A stretch of DNA of 64,000 nucleotides, from assembly GCF_004010195.1 (NCBI RefSeq), contig NC_057751.1:10834617-10898616 (forward strand), given 5' to 3'. The position numbers and the translations under genes are program-made. The notes below the pieces were generated by a model that was not told the DNA's origin, ran no database searches, and saw nothing but the letters and a program-made list of their open reading frames with translations. The stretch comes from Chiloscyllium plagiosum. Lineage: Eukaryota. The stretch's first letter is position 1; every line of letters begins with the position of its first letter. This document shows, piece by piece, positions 62,140-64,000 of the stretch.

Positions 62140-64000
62140 TTGACCAGTTTAGACATACTTTGACATTAAAACTTTCTGCAACATCCTTATTAGCTGACAT
62201 GGTGAAGGAAAAATGTGATTGAGTCACTCTCTGGTTCCGGACTTTGTGGTGAAGTAAAGCATGTATTCCAAATGACTTCAGTGCTTTGGGCTGCAGATGA
62301 GAAAACCAGCCAGGATTAGACTGCCACTGTTAAAATAGTGTGGATGTGATTTTAAGGAGTTAGTAATATCAGGCTGATCATCATCAAATAGCCTTTCATT
62401 CATATTTGAGTTAGATGTTTGGTTATAGAGATCTTGGAAATACCCACAAAGCATTTGGCAATTCACACTTTTCCAACTGTACCCCAGTATGACTAAAGTA
62501 TTCAGATGAGGCCAGGTAAAATAATAAGCTATTATACAGGAAGCTTATCAAGTTCCTATGCACCTTTGCAAGTGCATATACACTTTTTTATCCAACTCAT
62601 GGATTTATGTGCTGCAGATTTCCTATAATGAGCATCTTAATTTCTTCTTCAAATTTATGTGGACTATTTCTTTTCTTCCACTGTCACCAGTTTTAATTTG
62701 AAAAACCAATACAACATCAACAACACATAAATGAAAAATACCTGACAAATTTTGCTTTCAAATGCCATTTACAATTTACAGATATTCCAAGTTTAAAGTA
62801 GCATGAGAACTTTAAGAATCATCCTCACATTTAATATAACCTAGTTTGTGTTTGAGTTAGTGTGAAGTGACATAATATCAGAATGTGGTTTCCTGCCATC
62901 AGCAGTTCAGGTGCATGCCAGTAAAACCTCATGGTGCACTAACAGTTTAGTGTTCTTTCAGAAAACTTGAAATGTTGGAAATGAATCACCGATCTCTCAG
63001 ATATGTTAACATTTCACATTGATGAAAGGTTCTACCCAACCTCCAGATGCCAGGCATTCATGCTTGAATTTCAAATTTATGTGCAACGCACTGACTCATG
63101 CAATGACGTTTGCAAATTGGCAATATGTGCTGGTATCATGAAAATTTGAAACAACTGGACAGAAGATTTTGTGACAAGTTCAGACTGGATGTGTGATTGG
63201 CAGTCTCGAGTGGTAGTTGATGCATGTCAAATATTGCATCTTATTTTGGCGAAGTACGTTATTCAGCAAACAGAAACGAATCACTAAAGTGAGATTTTCA
63301 AGGAACCAGGAAGGAGATTCATGCCAGTCTTTTCTAAGACATATTGAAGAACTGAATCAACCTTGATATGTAACCATACCAATTGTCTGCATCATTGAGG
63401 TTATCCCGTGAGAATCTGTTCAATGCATGAAAATCCTATATACTTGCACCAAGAAAGGAGAGAAGAAAAAAATTAAGATTGATCTGAAATGAAACATTTG
63501 GTGAGCATAAAGCAAAACAAAAGCTAAGTTCAAGATGTACATGTAGTCCAAAACAAAGGAGGTTGGAGAGGACCCATCTTCAGGGATGGAAATGGTTGTC
63601 TTTATATTGCAGATAAGGTAAGCCTAGAACATTATTAGAAAATGGGATGATCCCAACTTCAACTCCAATCCTACTATTGTGCAGGACAGTGAACAGCAAA
63701 CCTCTAGGTCATTTACAAACTTTTTCACTGCAGCTGGCATCCTGGCCTTGAAGGTCTTCATGAAATGGACATCGCCAAGCCTTCTTTGTCCCAACCCAAC
63801 TTGTTCTTCTATCAGGTTGTGTTCGTTTTACTGCCATTATAGCAGGTTATACATTCAAGTGGAAAATTGAGTGTGCTGCCAATCTCAATCGTACTCTCAC
63901 CGACAATGTAATCTGTAACACTTGATCACTTGTGGTGTATCTCTCAGTGTGACCCAGGGTTTTGCTAAAGCACCAGTTGTCAAAGCTATCCAACTTGGGT

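Noticed and set aside
53269..64000. Search for betaM-type proline-rich exons and the first hub exon (RKQEIIK...)
   Set aside because: No matching peptide with splice sites was found by eye. They probably lie beyond the window or are too diverged.
1..64000. Prokaryotic-type systems (CRISPR arrays, operons, defence islands)
   Set aside because: The sequence is vertebrate intron/exon DNA. The repeats are dispersed TEs without repeat-spacer periodicity.

Overview
Vertebrate genomic DNA, almost certainly from a cartilaginous fish (shark/ray), judged by HE1-like V-SINEs, HER1/CR1 LINEs and abundant Penelope-like elements (PLEs). The window lies inside a + strand CaMKII gene whose peptides best match the beta paralogue (CAMK2B). 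Seven short exons cover the end of the calmodulin-binding segment and the alternatively spliced linker: GAILTTMLATRNFS / VGRQTTAPATMTAAASATVGLVEQ / AAKSLLNKKVDGVK / KRKSSSSVQLM / PQINSTKNNVVTSPKGNIPCPAL / EPQTTVIHNPVDGIK / ESSDSSNTTIEDEDVK. No kinase-domain or hub-domain exons were seen. The rest is intron filled with retroelements, plus one 657-nt assembly gap. Most entries in the ORF track are spurious or transposon fragments. Best leads: (1) an unrecognised frame-preserving 60-nt candidate linker exon flanked by a G-quadruplex-like tract and a YCAY cluster; (2) an NLS exon retained in a beta-type gene, followed by a candidate stop-containing exon; (3) an alphaKAP-like hydrophobic leader; (4) a candidate recursive splice site; (5) minimal hammerhead-ribozyme motifs with covarying stems in at least three PLE families. 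All paralogue and repeat-family comparisons are from memory, not from database searches.
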